A stretch of DNA of 64,000 nt from an uncultured Candidatus Saccharibacteria bacterium (GTDB lineage: Bacteria; Patescibacteriota; Minisyncoccia; Phycocordibacterales; JACOZG01), in contig CAYICB010000001.1 of NCBI GenBank assembly GCA_964361825.1, positions 30,644 through 94,643 on the forward strand, written 5' to 3'. Shown here piece after piece: positions 1 through 9,465 of the stretch. Numbering within the stretch: position 1 is the stretch's first letter; the number at the start of each line of letters is the position of its first letter. The notes beneath the pieces are model-generated. The model made no database searches, had not been told where the DNA came from, and worked only from the letters and a program-made list of their open reading frames with translations. A program made the translations under genes and the position numbers.

Positions 1-2
1 AT

Positions 3-218
3 CCTGGTTCAATTAAGAATGTTCAGCCAAATAATCCTCTTCGTGTGAACGGCAACTCAATGGTCATCGGACAAGGACAAGAAGCGTTCAAAGCTATGCT
101 CAATACCGCTTTGGAAGAAGAGCTAAACAGTGGCTACATTGATGCTCTTGTTAAGAAATATGAGACGTCAAAGAACTCATTCTATCCAGTTGCAAAGACA
201 TTCTCGTTACCTAACTAA
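3..218 (+). CDS. C-terminal fragment of amino-acid ABC transporter substrate-binding protein (partial at window edge)
   Basis: Frame 3 is open to TAA at 216-218 (...FKAMLNTALEEELNSGYIDALVKKYE...), typical of the C-terminus of a polar amino-acid binding protein; lies directly upstream of a permease and ATPase. Confidence 0.7.
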   Translation, partial: PGSIKNVQPNNPLRVNGNSMVIGQGQEAFKAMLNTALEEELNSGYIDALVKKYETSKNSFYPVAKTFSLPN

Positions 219-223
219 CACCT

Positions 224-895
224 ATGGTAACAGCGGTTTTCACAATTATCAGCCAGTATCGTGAGGGTCTACTTCAAGGTCTTCTTGTTACACTGGCACT
301 TTGTCTAATCGTCTGGGTATGCGGTCTTACAATCGGGACACTATTAGGAAGTCTGTCGGCTCAATATCCTAATGAGGTCGGTAAACCGAGCAAAGCTCTC
401 TCATTCACGCTTTCAGGTATTCCCATTCTTGTTCTGCTCTTTTGGCTTCACTATCCACTGCAAGAAATGTTGGGTGTTGTGATAAATCCCTTTTTTACAG
501 CCGCCTTTGCCTTATCACTCGTAAACATATTTGCAGTAACTGATATTGTAAGGACTGCTCTCGTTGAGTTTCCATCACAATATATTGCTGCAGGAAAAGT
601 TTCGGGTTTGAGCAACCAAGAGATATTCAAGAAAATCCAATTCCCAATTATATTCAGACAGATTATTCCTGCCATACTGACAACTCAAGTTAATATGCTT
701 CAGCTTACACTCTTCGCAAGTCTTATTTCAGTGGAAGAGATTTTCCGAGTTACCCAGCGAATAAATGCGAGCATCTATAAACCAGTAGAAATATATACTG
801 CATTGGCTATCTTTTTCCTAATAATCTGTCTTCCACTCAATGGATTGGCATTATATTTGAAGAGAAAGTATACCCGTAATCTTTCTGAAAAGTAA
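224..895 (+). CDS. Polar amino-acid ABC transporter permease
   Basis: Hydrophobic 223-aa protein with SGIPILVLLFW and an EAA-like loop (SQYIAAGKVSGLS), plus a YTALAIFFL C-terminus. Confidence 0.9.
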   Translation: MVTAVFTIISQYREGLLQGLLVTLALCLIVWVCGLTIGTLLGSLSAQYPNEVGKPSKALSFTLSGIPILVLLFWLHYPLQEMLGVVINPFFTAAFALSLVNIFAVTDIVRTALVEFPSQYIAAGKVSGLSNQEIFKKIQFPIIFRQIIPAILTTQVNMLQLTLFASLISVEEIFRVTQRINASIYKPVEIYTALAIFFLIICLPLNGLALYLKRKYTRNLSEK

Positions 896-896
896 C

Positions 897-1622
897 ATGT
901 TACAAGCTACAAATATAACTAAGAGGTTTGGCGACAAGATTGCATTGGATAATATCAATCTTGATATTAAGCCTGGAACGATTACGTCTATCATTGGGCC
1001 TAGTGGAAGTGGCAAGACTACGCTCCTACGAACGCTTGGGATGCTAGAATTGGCTGATACAGGCACAATAGCCCTGGATAAAGAGCTATACCAGTTTCCA
1101 TTAGCTACTGTTGAGGGCCGAGCCCCTTGGCCAAAATTGACCATTGTCTTTCAGCAGTTGTTTATCTGGCCTCATCTAACACTGCGTGGAAATATCCTGC
1201 TTCCTCTTGGTGGGAATATGTCAGCGGACCAACAGAAACAATTTAATGAATTAGTGGAGTTGTTCAGCATGGAAGAATTTATTGATAGGTATCCCAACGA
1301 AGTCTCTTTAGGCCAGAGACAAAGGACAGCTATCATTCGGGCACTCATGCTTAATCCTGAATATCTTTTTCTGGATGAGGTAACATCTTCACTAGACGTT
1401 GAACAGACTTCAATTATCCTTTCTCATTTAGGGGACATTAAGAAAAGAGGGGTTGCAGTGGTTGTGGTAACTCACCTTTTAAACTTTGCGAAATCAGTGA
1501 GCGACCAAGTGATATTTCTTGAGCATGGCAAGATTGTCGTATCTGGGGATAGAACAATACTTGAAAACTCAAGTAACGAGAGATTGAGAGAATTTACAAG
1601 CCTTATTAAACAAGCAAGCTAA
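897..1622 (+). CDS. Amino-acid ABC transporter ATP-binding protein
   Basis: Walker A GPSGSGKT, signature VSLGQRQR, Walker B LFLDE, H-loop VTH. Confidence 0.92.
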   Translation: MLQATNITKRFGDKIALDNINLDIKPGTITSIIGPSGSGKTTLLRTLGMLELADTGTIALDKELYQFPLATVEGRAPWPKLTIVFQQLFIWPHLTLRGNILLPLGGNMSADQQKQFNELVELFSMEEFIDRYPNEVSLGQRQRTAIIRALMLNPEYLFLDEVTSSLDVEQTSIILSHLGDIKKRGVAVVVVTHLLNFAKSVSDQVIFLEHGKIVVSGDRTILENSSNERLREFTSLIKQAS

Positions 1623-1623
1623 T

Positions 1624-2430
1624 ATGACAGACAATGATTTAGAAAAGAATAGTGCATACGATGCTCGATTTTCAGAAGCTCTAGGTGGAAGCGAGTATGA
1701 AGACCTGCTCATTGCCATAGAGTACTACAATGAATTTCAGGCAGAGACAGGAAAGGCCCTACAAAAGTATATCGCTGAACACTGTCAGGACCAGGACAAC
1801 ATTAAAGTATTGGAAGCTGGACCTGGCACGGGCATAACCACTCTTGAGCTGTTAAAGGCTGACCCTCGTGTCAAAGTTACCTCGGTAGATAATGAGCCTA
1901 AGATGCTTGATGCAGTAAAAGCCAGATTCGCAAAGATGGAAAGCTTACCTGAACGAGTAGAGTTTGTTTTAGCTGATATTCTTGGATACCTTGAAGCTCA
2001 AGAGGATGGTACTTTTGATGCTTTTGCCTCTGTTTATACACTGCACAACTTTACACCCGCATTCAGAAGGCAGGTTATAGAGTTGATTGCCAAGAAGCTA
2101 AAGCAAGGAGGTGTTTTCATAAATGGCGATAAATATGCAGAAGAAGGTGAGCTACATCAGAAAGACTATGCTTCTGAAATAGCGAACTATGGAAAGTTTG
2201 ACATAGCGGCAGATAAAGCCGAAAGAGCAGGAGATACGGCACGAGCGGCACATTTGAGAAAGATAAAGGAAGAATGGATTGCTCATTGTGCTGAAGATGA
2301 GAAAAATAAGATAACCGTTGAGGAACAAAACAAGATGTTTGAAGAATTGGGTCTTGGAGATGTTGAGTGGGGTAAACGATTTGATTTGGTTACAACTGTA
2401 AAGGCGATAAAGAAAGGAAAGACGGAATAA
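1624..2430 (+). CDS. Class I SAM-dependent methyltransferase
   Basis: VLEAGPGTG SAM-binding motif I, plus VDNEPKML and TLHNF. Confidence 0.88.
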   Translation: MTDNDLEKNSAYDARFSEALGGSEYEDLLIAIEYYNEFQAETGKALQKYIAEHCQDQDNIKVLEAGPGTGITTLELLKADPRVKVTSVDNEPKMLDAVKARFAKMESLPERVEFVLADILGYLEAQEDGTFDAFASVYTLHNFTPAFRRQVIELIAKKLKQGGVFINGDKYAEEGELHQKDYASEIANYGKFDIAADKAERAGDTARAAHLRKIKEEWIAHCAEDEKNKITVEEQNKMFEELGLGDVEWGKRFDLVTTVKAIKKGKTE

Positions 2431-2514
2431 GCCCAGAAAGCTGAAGTTCCTGCTTAATTCCCTTCCAATTAACAGTTCTGAACGCATCCAACCACTCCCG
2501 TCAAACATAAAGCT

Positions 2515-3015
2515 GTGAAAAAAATATCTTTACCTCACCCCGAGCTTGTTCAAGCCCTTCTCAAACAAATAAAAATTACAGCAAGGGTCAATCACTCATT
2601 AGACAAAAACACCGGTATTTCTTATGAAATATATAGTTACAGTGGGCCGAATGATCCAGTAGCTTTTTATAACGAAAGTGGCAATATTTATGTTACAGAA
2701 ACGTTGCATCGCACTTTTCCACAGTATGCTGATTTAGTTGCCTATCACGAAACCGAGGAAATTAAATTTAAACGAGGCGGAAATGCACACGGTGAGGCAC
2801 ACGTTAAAGCTTGGCTATCAGAGTTAAGCTTGGTAAACAAAATTTATAGCACTGAAACAGAATTAAAAAATTATATTGATTGGAGAATTTCGATCTATTC
2901 TCAAGGTAAAATCCCGCACAAAGAAGTAGTGGCCAAACAACTCATGGTCTTATTATTAAAAAACCCACATCCTTCATTGGAAATATCCGAATTTATTAAA
3001 AATAACGGTTTATGA
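2515..3015 (+). CDS. Hypothetical protein, possible zincin-like HExxE motif
   Basis: 166-aa ORF with AYHETEE...AH; AT-rich. Confidence 0.5.
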   Translation: MKKISLPHPELVQALLKQIKITARVNHSLDKNTGISYEIYSYSGPNDPVAFYNESGNIYVTETLHRTFPQYADLVAYHETEEIKFKRGGNAHGEAHVKAWLSELSLVNKIYSTETELKNYIDWRISIYSQGKIPHKEVVAKQLMVLLLKNPHPSLEISEFIKNNGL

Positions 3016-3323
3016 AACCTCAATCAAAAAAACTTTATCAATTTAAGTCAAAAGTTTGGCTCTATCCGGGGATGGATGCTTGGCACTTTCTCACTTTGCC
3101 CCAGAAGGAGTCGGCCGAGATTAAGAAAAATTTTTCTCAAGTGAAGCGTGGTTTTGGTTCACTCAAAGTGGAAGCAAAGATTGGTAAAACCGCTTGGCTT
3201 ACTTCTATTTTTCCCGACTCCCGAGCCGGGGCCTATCTTCTCCCGCTCAAAGCGAGCGTTCGCAAAAAAGAACACCTACTGGCCGATGACACAGTGAGAT
3301 TTACAATCAAAATCAAGGGTTAG
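3012..3323 (+). CDS. DUF1905-family protein
   Basis: WHFLTLP...GFGSLKVEAKIG..W.TSIFP...YLLPLKASVRKKE pattern. Confidence 0.8.
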   Translation: MKPQSKKLYQFKSKVWLYPGMDAWHFLTLPQKESAEIKKNFSQVKRGFGSLKVEAKIGKTAWLTSIFPDSRAGAYLLPLKASVRKKEHLLADDTVRFTIKIKG

Positions 3324-4323
3324 GCGCAACACTTGCTGAATCCAACACCTGCTCAAGGCCCACAAAGGTGGTAGGAGAATTAATTTCTAAAGACGAATTG
3401 TAGCCAGCGAGCGACCAATCAAGCGCGTAATTGCCCTTATATTTGAAACCAGAGTTTGAATTGGTTTTATTAATCGGCCCCGAGAGCGTGAGGCGATAAA
3501 TGAGGTGATCATTGCGGCCAATCCAAATTTCCCCTTGAGGCAACTGGAGATTGTCGAGGACGGTCTCCAACTCCCCTGTTTCCAGTGGCGTATTGGCAGA
3601 AACTAATTTAAGCGCTTCAATCACCAAACCCTTAAGCGCCGCTCGACTAGGCACAAAACTATAGTGATAAGTTGGCACGCCCTCGAGAGTCTCGAGAGGC
3701 AAGCGCGCCGTGATCTCAATTAAGCCTGATTGAGTAAAAAGTTTCTTCAGGTCCACTTGATCAGAGAGTTTGATCCATTGTTCTTTCCAAGGTTCGAGGT
3801 CAAACAAGGTAATGGCTGGGACCTCACGCAAACGAAGATAGAGATCGGCATCAACCAAACGCAAATCCGCTTGCAATCTAAGACGACTGGGCACAATAGG
3901 ATTGGCGGGCAGGCCATAAGCCGAGAGTGACCAACTTTGCGCCAAGCGATGCGCCGGCGCATAAACACTGTCGCCGCCCACCTCAAGATTAAAAACCAGA
4001 GAATCAGAGGCCGAGGGCGACTTGGGCGAATCGCTGGCCCCGCCCTCGAGCAAAAGCTTTTCTCGCGAGAGCGCCAAACGCAAGTGGCCAGTAGAATGCG
4101 CCGAACTCACCGCGCCTTGAGCCGTGAGCATTTTGGCCAAGATCAACTCTGGTGGCTGCAGTCGCGGCCAAAAATAAAAGTAACCGCTCGCGCCAAGCGC
4201 CGCCAAAACGAGGAGAAAAAAACCAATGAGCAAAAGCTTGGGCGCTTGGCGCGGCTCTTGCTCGGGCAAAGCCGACATAATCTTAACCGGATCAAAATCA
4301 AACTTAGGCATTGGGTCTACCAT
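3313..4323 (-). CDS. Membrane-anchored hypothetical protein
   Basis: Start moved to ATG 4323 (MVDPMPKF) so it does not overlap the divergent gene; single N-terminal TM followed by a beta-rich domain. Confidence 0.65.
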   Translation of the reverse strand: MVDPMPKFDFDPVKIMSALPEQEPRQAPKLLLIGFFLLVLAALGASGYFYFWPRLQPPELILAKMLTAQGAVSSAHSTGHLRLALSREKLLLEGGASDSPKSPSASDSLVFNLEVGGDSVYAPAHRLAQSWSLSAYGLPANPIVPSRLRLQADLRLVDADLYLRLREVPAITLFDLEPWKEQWIKLSDQVDLKKLFTQSGLIEITARLPLETLEGVPTYHYSFVPSRAALKGLVIEALKLVSANTPLETGELETVLDNLQLPQGEIWIGRNDHLIYRLTLSGPINKTNSNSGFKYKGNYALDWSLAGYNSSLEINSPTTFVGLEQVLDSASVAPNP

Positions 4324-4353
4324 TATTATTATTGTATAATGTTCGTCATCACC

Positions 4354-4818
4354 ATGCCAATCAAAACCGTGATTATTGAGTGGGAAGATGTTGAGGAGCG
4401 CCCGGCGAAGCATCCCCATTTAATTTTGGGTATCGGACTCTTCGGCTTAATCCTAGTCATCGTGGCTTTAGTTTTAAAAAATTTCCTCTTTGCTCTTATT
4501 GTGGCGGTGGCCGCCGGTGTGATTATGTTTTCGGCTCGTCAAACCAAACCGCGCTCGCGTTACGCTCTCACCAAAGAGGGTATCATTTTTGATGACGAAT
4601 TTTTCCCTTATGACAATCTTCACTCCTTCTCGCTCAAAGAACACGATAGCGGTTGGCGACTCAAAGTAAGAACTGGCCGAACCTTCTTACCCTTCCTCCT
4701 CCTGCCCTTGGGTCATGAGGAGTTCGCGAGCGAAGTGCGAACGATTCTTCTTGATTTTCTCGAAGAAGGCAGGCATGATGAAACGCTAGCCGAGCTGGTT
4801 AGCGACTTGCTTGAGTAA
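4354..4818 (+). CDS. Two-TM membrane protein (DUF5673-like, common in CPR)
   Basis: Probable start MPIKTVIIEW; two TM helices followed by a PH-like segment (YALTKEGIIFDDEFFPYDNLHSF). The longer upstream ORF part is shadow of the opposite strand. Confidence 0.65.
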   Translation: MPIKTVIIEWEDVEERPAKHPHLILGIGLFGLILVIVALVLKNFLFALIVAVAAGVIMFSARQTKPRSRYALTKEGIIFDDEFFPYDNLHSFSLKEHDSGWRLKVRTGRTFLPFLLLPLGHEEFASEVRTILLDFLEEGRHDETLAELVSDLLE

Positions 4819-4825
4819 CCCCCAA

Positions 4826-4897
4826 GCTCCCGTAGTTCAACGGATAGAACGCAAGATTGCGGATCTTGTAATCGAGGTTCGATTCCTCGCGGGAGCA
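4826..4897 (+). tRNA. tRNA-Arg (anticodon GCG)
   Basis: Acceptor GCTCCCG/CGGGAGC; anticodon arm CAAGA-TTGCGGA-TCTTG; T-loop GGTTCGATTCC; CCA not encoded. Confidence 0.93.
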
Positions 4898-4901
4898 TCT
4901 A

Positions 4902-6137
4902 GTGAACAAAAGGCTTTTTCTTTGGGCTTTATACGACTTCGCGAATTCTCTCGTTTTGATGGCTTTTCTGTTCTACTTTTCTCAGTGGCTCGTGATCGAT
5001 CAAGGTAAGCCGGCCTGGTGGTACAATGCCGCGCTAATTATTTCTTCTCTGCTCTTTATTCTCAGCGCTCCTACTATTAGCCAAAAAATCGACGCCACAA
5101 AAGTAAAAATTACCGGTCTGCGCTTTTGGACTCTGCTTACTTTTGTTGGGTATCTAATCGTCGCCCTCCTTACCATTCTCACCAGCGATCAAGAAATTCT
5201 CGCCACCGTTCTTTATACGCTGGCGACTTATGCTTACCTAATTTGCTTTCTCTACTTCACGCCGATGCTCAATGATCTATCAAACGAGAAAGATCGGTCC
5301 TGGAAATCGGGTGTCGGTCAAGGCGCTAATTCTGTTGGCCAAGTGGTTGGCGTAATCATCACCCTCCCCTTTGTTAATGGCTTAACCTTATTGGGTCAAC
5401 CCGGACGGGCTCAAGCCTTGTTGCCAGCCACGATTCTCTTTGGCTTATTGGCTTTACCCATGCTCTTGTTTTATAAAGAAATTAAGGAAACCAACACCCG
5501 TGAGACATTGGGTCAACCTCGAGCCAATTTTTTCAGTCTGTTTAAAGAAGTTTTCCGCTACAAACCCCTAGCCCTGCTACTCCTGGCCTACTTTTTGTTT
5601 AGCGACGCCATGCTTACCTTCGCCAATAATTTTCCGCTTTACTTGGAAACGGTCCACCACGCAAGCGATACCACCAAATCCCTACTCACTGCCAGCATTC
5701 TCATTCTCGCGGCTATCGGTGCCATCCTTTTTGGTAAAATCGCCGACAAAAAAGGTAATTTAAAAATCTTAAAAATTATTCTGGTGCTTTGGTGTTTCAT
5801 TTTCTTGGCTATGGCCTTAGTCACCAGCTTTACTGTTCTCATTCCCATTTTCTTATTTGCTGGAATTTTATTCGGACCGGTTTGGGCCATCAGTCGCGCC
5901 TTGGTTGGCAATTTAGCACCGCCCCATCTCGCCGCCTCTTCCTACAGCTATTATGTCGTAGCAGAAAGGTTCGCCACTCTTATTGGACCTGCCGTGTGGA
6001 GTCTCGCTCTCATTACCGTGGGTGAGGGGGCACGCGGTTACCAAACTGGCTTAATTTCTCTGGGCGTACTTATAGTAGCCAGTTTGTTCGTTCTAAATAA
6101 AATTAAACCGACTTCTTCAGAAGCATCGCAAGTTTAG
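4902..6137 (+). CDS. MFS transporter (UMF1/ATG22-like)
   Basis: WALYDFANS N-terminal motif and about 12 TM segments. Confidence 0.88.
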   Translation: MNKRLFLWALYDFANSLVLMAFLFYFSQWLVIDQGKPAWWYNAALIISSLLFILSAPTISQKIDATKVKITGLRFWTLLTFVGYLIVALLTILTSDQEILATVLYTLATYAYLICFLYFTPMLNDLSNEKDRSWKSGVGQGANSVGQVVGVIITLPFVNGLTLLGQPGRAQALLPATILFGLLALPMLLFYKEIKETNTRETLGQPRANFFSLFKEVFRYKPLALLLLAYFLFSDAMLTFANNFPLYLETVHHASDTTKSLLTASILILAAIGAILFGKIADKKGNLKILKIILVLWCFIFLAMALVTSFTVLIPIFLFAGILFGPVWAISRALVGNLAPPHLAASSYSYYVVAERFATLIGPAVWSLALITVGEGARGYQTGLISLGVLIVASLFVLNKIKPTSSEASQV

Positions 6138-6345
6138 ACTTTTTGCGAGCGGCGGTGGCGGCCTTGATGACGCCGCGCTTCATGGCCTTATCGATGGCTT
6201 GGTAAGCGGTAGGTAAGAGCTTGGCCGAAGGCGCTTTCACAAATTCTTTGATCGCTTCCTTCATCGCCTTATCGCGGCGCAAGTTAAACACGCGCTTATT
6301 AGCACTAGCGCGGAGAGCCTTCTTGGCTGATTTCGTAATTGGCAT
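6103..6345 (-). CDS. rpsT: 30S ribosomal protein S20
   Basis: MPITKSAKKALR...AYQAIDKA.KRGVIK..TAARKKS; start corrected to ATG 6345. Confidence 0.93.
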   Translation of the reverse strand: MPITKSAKKALRASANKRVFNLRRDKAMKEAIKEFVKAPSAKLLPTAYQAIDKAMKRGVIKAATAARKKSKLAMLLKKSV

Positions 6346-6403
6346 AGGTGGCAAAAGGTTAACACCGGTGTGCCAAAAAGGCAAGGTCTGTTACACTGGC
6401 CTT

Positions 6404-6976
6404 ATGATCGGTCTCATTAAGGGCAAGGTGGTGGAGAAAACTGAGCGGGCTTTGCTTGTCGATACCGGCGGGCTGGGCTATGAAGTAAATGTTCTACCGG
6501 CGACAAGAAATGGGGCGAAAATTGGCGAGACGGCACAATTCTTTACCTATTTGGCCGTGCGCGAGGATGCGCTGGAGCTCTATGGTTTCGCCGAGAAAAA
6601 GGAGTTGGAATTTTTTAAATTACTGATCTCGATCTCCGGCATTGGGCCGAAGGGCGCGATTGCGGTCTTGGCGATCGCACCCCCAGAAACGCTCGAGAAG
6701 GCTGTGCGCTCGGGCGATACCAATTACCTCACCCGCGTCTCGGGCATAGGGAAGAAGCGCGCGGAGAAAATTGTGCTGGAACTCAAAGACAAACTCGGCT
6801 CGCTCGAAACGGGCGATGCCGATCACAGCTTGCAAGGCGAAGCTGACACGCTCGAAGCCCTGCAATCGCTCGGTTACACCCTCCCCGAGGCCCGCGAAGC
6901 GCTCAAGAAAGTCTCCCCCGACCTCACCGACACCAGTGCCAAAGTGAAAGCGGCCCTGAAAGTACTCGGCAAATAA
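6404..6976 (+). CDS. ruvA: Holliday junction branch migration protein RuvA
   Basis: MIGLIKGKV, GLGYEV, LYGF, ISGIGPK and VSGIGKK helix-hairpin-helix motifs, EALQSLGY; start corrected to ATG 6404. Confidence 0.96.
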   Translation: MIGLIKGKVVEKTERALLVDTGGLGYEVNVLPATRNGAKIGETAQFFTYLAVREDALELYGFAEKKELEFFKLLISISGIGPKGAIAVLAIAPPETLEKAVRSGDTNYLTRVSGIGKKRAEKIVLELKDKLGSLETGDADHSLQGEADTLEALQSLGYTLPEAREALKKVSPDLTDTSAKVKAALKVLGK

Positions 6977-7022
6977 TAACTCACCCTCCTCTTAGGGTAA
7001 GAGGAGGGCTAGGGAGGAGTTA
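6977..7022. repeat. REP-like palindrome / terminator hairpin after ruvA
   Basis: CCCTCCTCTTA-GGG-TAAGAGGAGGG perfect 11-bp stem inside an outer TAACTC/GAGTTA pair. Confidence 0.6.
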
Positions 7023-7036
7023 CGAAACAAAAAGAA

Positions 7037-7063
7037 GCTGCCCGGGCAAACAATTGGGCAGCT
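7037..7063 (-). terminator. Intrinsic terminator of the small Cys-rich gene
   Basis: AGCTGCCC...GGGCAGCT stem followed by a U-rich tract on the minus strand. Confidence 0.55.
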
Positions 7064-7319
7064 AAACACATTCTTCACCTCTTTCATCCTTTACCTTTCT
7101 TGCCTCTAAATATCGGCGCAACTCTGCAGACTGAAGCCGTGAATTCATTCGTAAAAAACATTGGCAACAAAGGTCGTGGGCCGGATCACTCGGACTCCTC
7201 CAACCACAAAAAGATCTCCGCCCGCGATAATACACCCTAATTACTCTTCCACACTCACAACGCTTCACCTGGATCTCCTTTCCGTTTTTAATTAAACCAT
7301 ATTTTGTTTTACGAAGCAA
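7062..7319 (-). CDS. Small Cys-rich hypothetical protein (possible Zn-binding)
   Basis: CECG ... LCCQC; fills the intergenic space and has its own terminator; start uncertain. Confidence 0.45.
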   Translation of the reverse strand: MLRKTKYGLIKNGKEIQVKRCECGRVIRVYYRGRRSFCGWRSPSDPAHDLCCQCFLRMNSRLQSAELRRYLEARKVKDERGEECV

Positions 7320-7361
7320 ACCAAACTGGATTATTTGCCAATTCCAGAGTAAGCTGGTGCC

Positions 7362-8630
7362 GTGGAAAAAAAATCGTTATTGGAGAAAATTTTGGACGCG
7401 GGAAGGAGGGTGATACCAAAATCGCTCTTTCGGGCGGCGCAACCGATTTATCATTACAAACTCGCTTTGCTTGGGGCGATGATTTATGGCTGGCCAGCTC
7501 GCAAAATTAAGGTGGTCTTTGTGACCGGGACAAAGGGCAAAACCTCGGTCTGCGAGATGGTCAACGCTGTGCTAGAAGCGGGTGGCCAGCGAACCGCGCT
7601 TGCCTCCACTTTGCGTCTCAAGGTTGGCGAAGTAAGTGAGCCCAATAAATTTAAGATGACAATTCGCGGGCGCTTCTTTGTGCAACGCTTCTTGCGCCGC
7701 GCCGTGGCCGCCAAGTGCGACTGGGCGATTATTGAGATGACGAGCGAAGGCGCCAAGCAATATCGCCACGAGTTTATCTCCCCTACCGCCTTCATCTTCA
7801 CCAACTTAGCGCCCGAGCACCTTGAGTCGCATGGTTCGTATGAGAAATATGTGGCGGCCAAGTTGAGTATTGCCGAAAGTTTGCGCGATGTGATGATTAT
7901 AAATGGTGATGACAAAGAAGCTAGCAAATTTCTTGCGCTTCCGGCCAAGCGTAAATTTACTTATCGTCTCAAAGACGCGGAACCTTATACCGCCACCGAT
8001 CACGGCTTAGAATTTACTTGGCGTGGTTCGACGATGCGCTCACCCCTCGCTGGTGAATTTAATTTGAGCAACTGGCTCGCGGCGCTGACCTTCGGCGAGA
8101 GTCAGAATATTGCAGTGGAGAAAATGAAGGAGGCTGTTGCCAAGCTTGATTTAATTAAGGGCCGAGTGGAGAAAATTAAAGCGAATGGTTTTGATGTCAT
8201 TGTGGATTACGCTCACACGCCCGATTCTCTCCGCGCGGTGTATCAAACCTTCGCGGCTCGCGGCAAAGTCTGCGTCCTCGGTAATACCGGCGGCGGGCGC
8301 GATAAATGGAAGCGGCCTTTGATGGGCCAAATTGCCGCCGAGCATTGCCGCCAAATTATTCTCACCGATGAAGATCCATATGACGAAGATCCAAAAACTA
8401 TTTTGGACGAAATGATTGTAGGAATTAAAACTGATAATTATAAAATTATTCTGGATCGTCGGGTGGCAATCCGCACCGCCATGCAAGAGGCAAAGCCCGG
8501 CGAAGTGGTCATCATTACCGGCAAAGGCACCGACCCCTACATCATGGGCCCGAAAGGACAGAAAACGCCATGGTCAGACGCCGAGGTGGTGCGGGAGGAA
8601 CTAAATCATGCCCGAATTACCGGAAGTTGA
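7362..8630 (+). CDS. murE: UDP-N-acetylmuramyl-tripeptide synthetase (MurE-like Mur ligase)
   Basis: VTGTKGKTS, FTNLAPEHL, VDYAHTPDSL, GGGRD..KRP.MG, DEDPYDEDP, ITGKG. Confidence 0.88.
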   Translation: MEKKSLLEKILDAGRRVIPKSLFRAAQPIYHYKLALLGAMIYGWPARKIKVVFVTGTKGKTSVCEMVNAVLEAGGQRTALASTLRLKVGEVSEPNKFKMTIRGRFFVQRFLRRAVAAKCDWAIIEMTSEGAKQYRHEFISPTAFIFTNLAPEHLESHGSYEKYVAAKLSIAESLRDVMIINGDDKEASKFLALPAKRKFTYRLKDAEPYTATDHGLEFTWRGSTMRSPLAGEFNLSNWLAALTFGESQNIAVEKMKEAVAKLDLIKGRVEKIKANGFDVIVDYAHTPDSLRAVYQTFAARGKVCVLGNTGGGRDKWKRPLMGQIAAEHCRQIILTDEDPYDEDPKTILDEMIVGIKTDNYKIILDRRVAIRTAMQEAKPGEVVIITGKGTDPYIMGPKGQKTPWSDAEVVREELNHARITGS

Positions 8631-9465
8631 GACGCTAAAGCGCGAGTTGTCGCGCAAGCTTGTTGGAAAGACAATCGCTAAAACGGAAGTGAATTGGGCA
8701 AAGATGGTAGCCCCACTTTCCCCCGCCGAGCTTGGTCGGGAATTGAAGGGTGAGAAAATTGCGGCGATTGAACGGCGGGCCAAAATTTTAATTATTACGC
8801 TAGTTGGTAAAAAGTTAATTCTGATTCACCTCAAGATGACGGGGCAACTGATTTTTCAGGATGTCAGACATCCTCACAAATTAGTTGTTGGAGGCCACCC
8901 GCAAAAAGAGCCATTTACCCACACGCGCCTGATTCTTCATTTCCAAGACGGGAGTAAATTACTCTTCAATGACTTGCGCAAATTTGGCTGGTTCCGGCTT
9001 TCTCACTCGGAACATCTAGCCGAACTAACAAAGAAAATTGGCCCGGAGCCACTCTCAAAGAATTTTACGCTCGACTATTTTCAATCGCTATTCAAAAGAT
9101 TTCCGAAGCGCAAGGTCAAACAACTCTTGCTCGACCAACACCTGATTGCTGGCCTCGGGAATATTTATGTGGACGAAAGTTGCTTCTTGGCCAAAGTTCT
9201 GCCCACCCGTCTCGCCCACTCACTCAAGCCAAGTGAAACTAAAAAACTGCATCAAGAAATTATTTGCGTCCTCAAGTTCTCAATCGCGAGCGGCGGCACT
9301 TCAGCACGCAATTATCGACGGAGCGATGGCTCAAAGGGAAACTTTATTAAACACCTCAAAGTGTATGGCCGCGGTGGCAAACCCTGCTTGCGGTGTAAAG
9401 GAGAGATAAATAAGATAAGATTAAACTGTCGCGGCACGCACTTCTGCGAGCGGTGTCAAAAATAA
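8608..9465 (+). CDS. mutM: Formamidopyrimidine-DNA glycosylase
   Basis: MPELPEVE N-terminus, HLKMTG, GLGNIY.DE, C-terminal C4 zinc finger. Confidence 0.97.
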   Translation: MPELPEVETLKRELSRKLVGKTIAKTEVNWAKMVAPLSPAELGRELKGEKIAAIERRAKILIITLVGKKLILIHLKMTGQLIFQDVRHPHKLVVGGHPQKEPFTHTRLILHFQDGSKLLFNDLRKFGWFRLSHSEHLAELTKKIGPEPLSKNFTLDYFQSLFKRFPKRKVKQLLLDQHLIAGLGNIYVDESCFLAKVLPTRLAHSLKPSETKKLHQEIICVLKFSIASGGTSARNYRRSDGSKGNFIKHLKVYGRGGKPCLRCKGEINKIRLNCRGTHFCERCQK

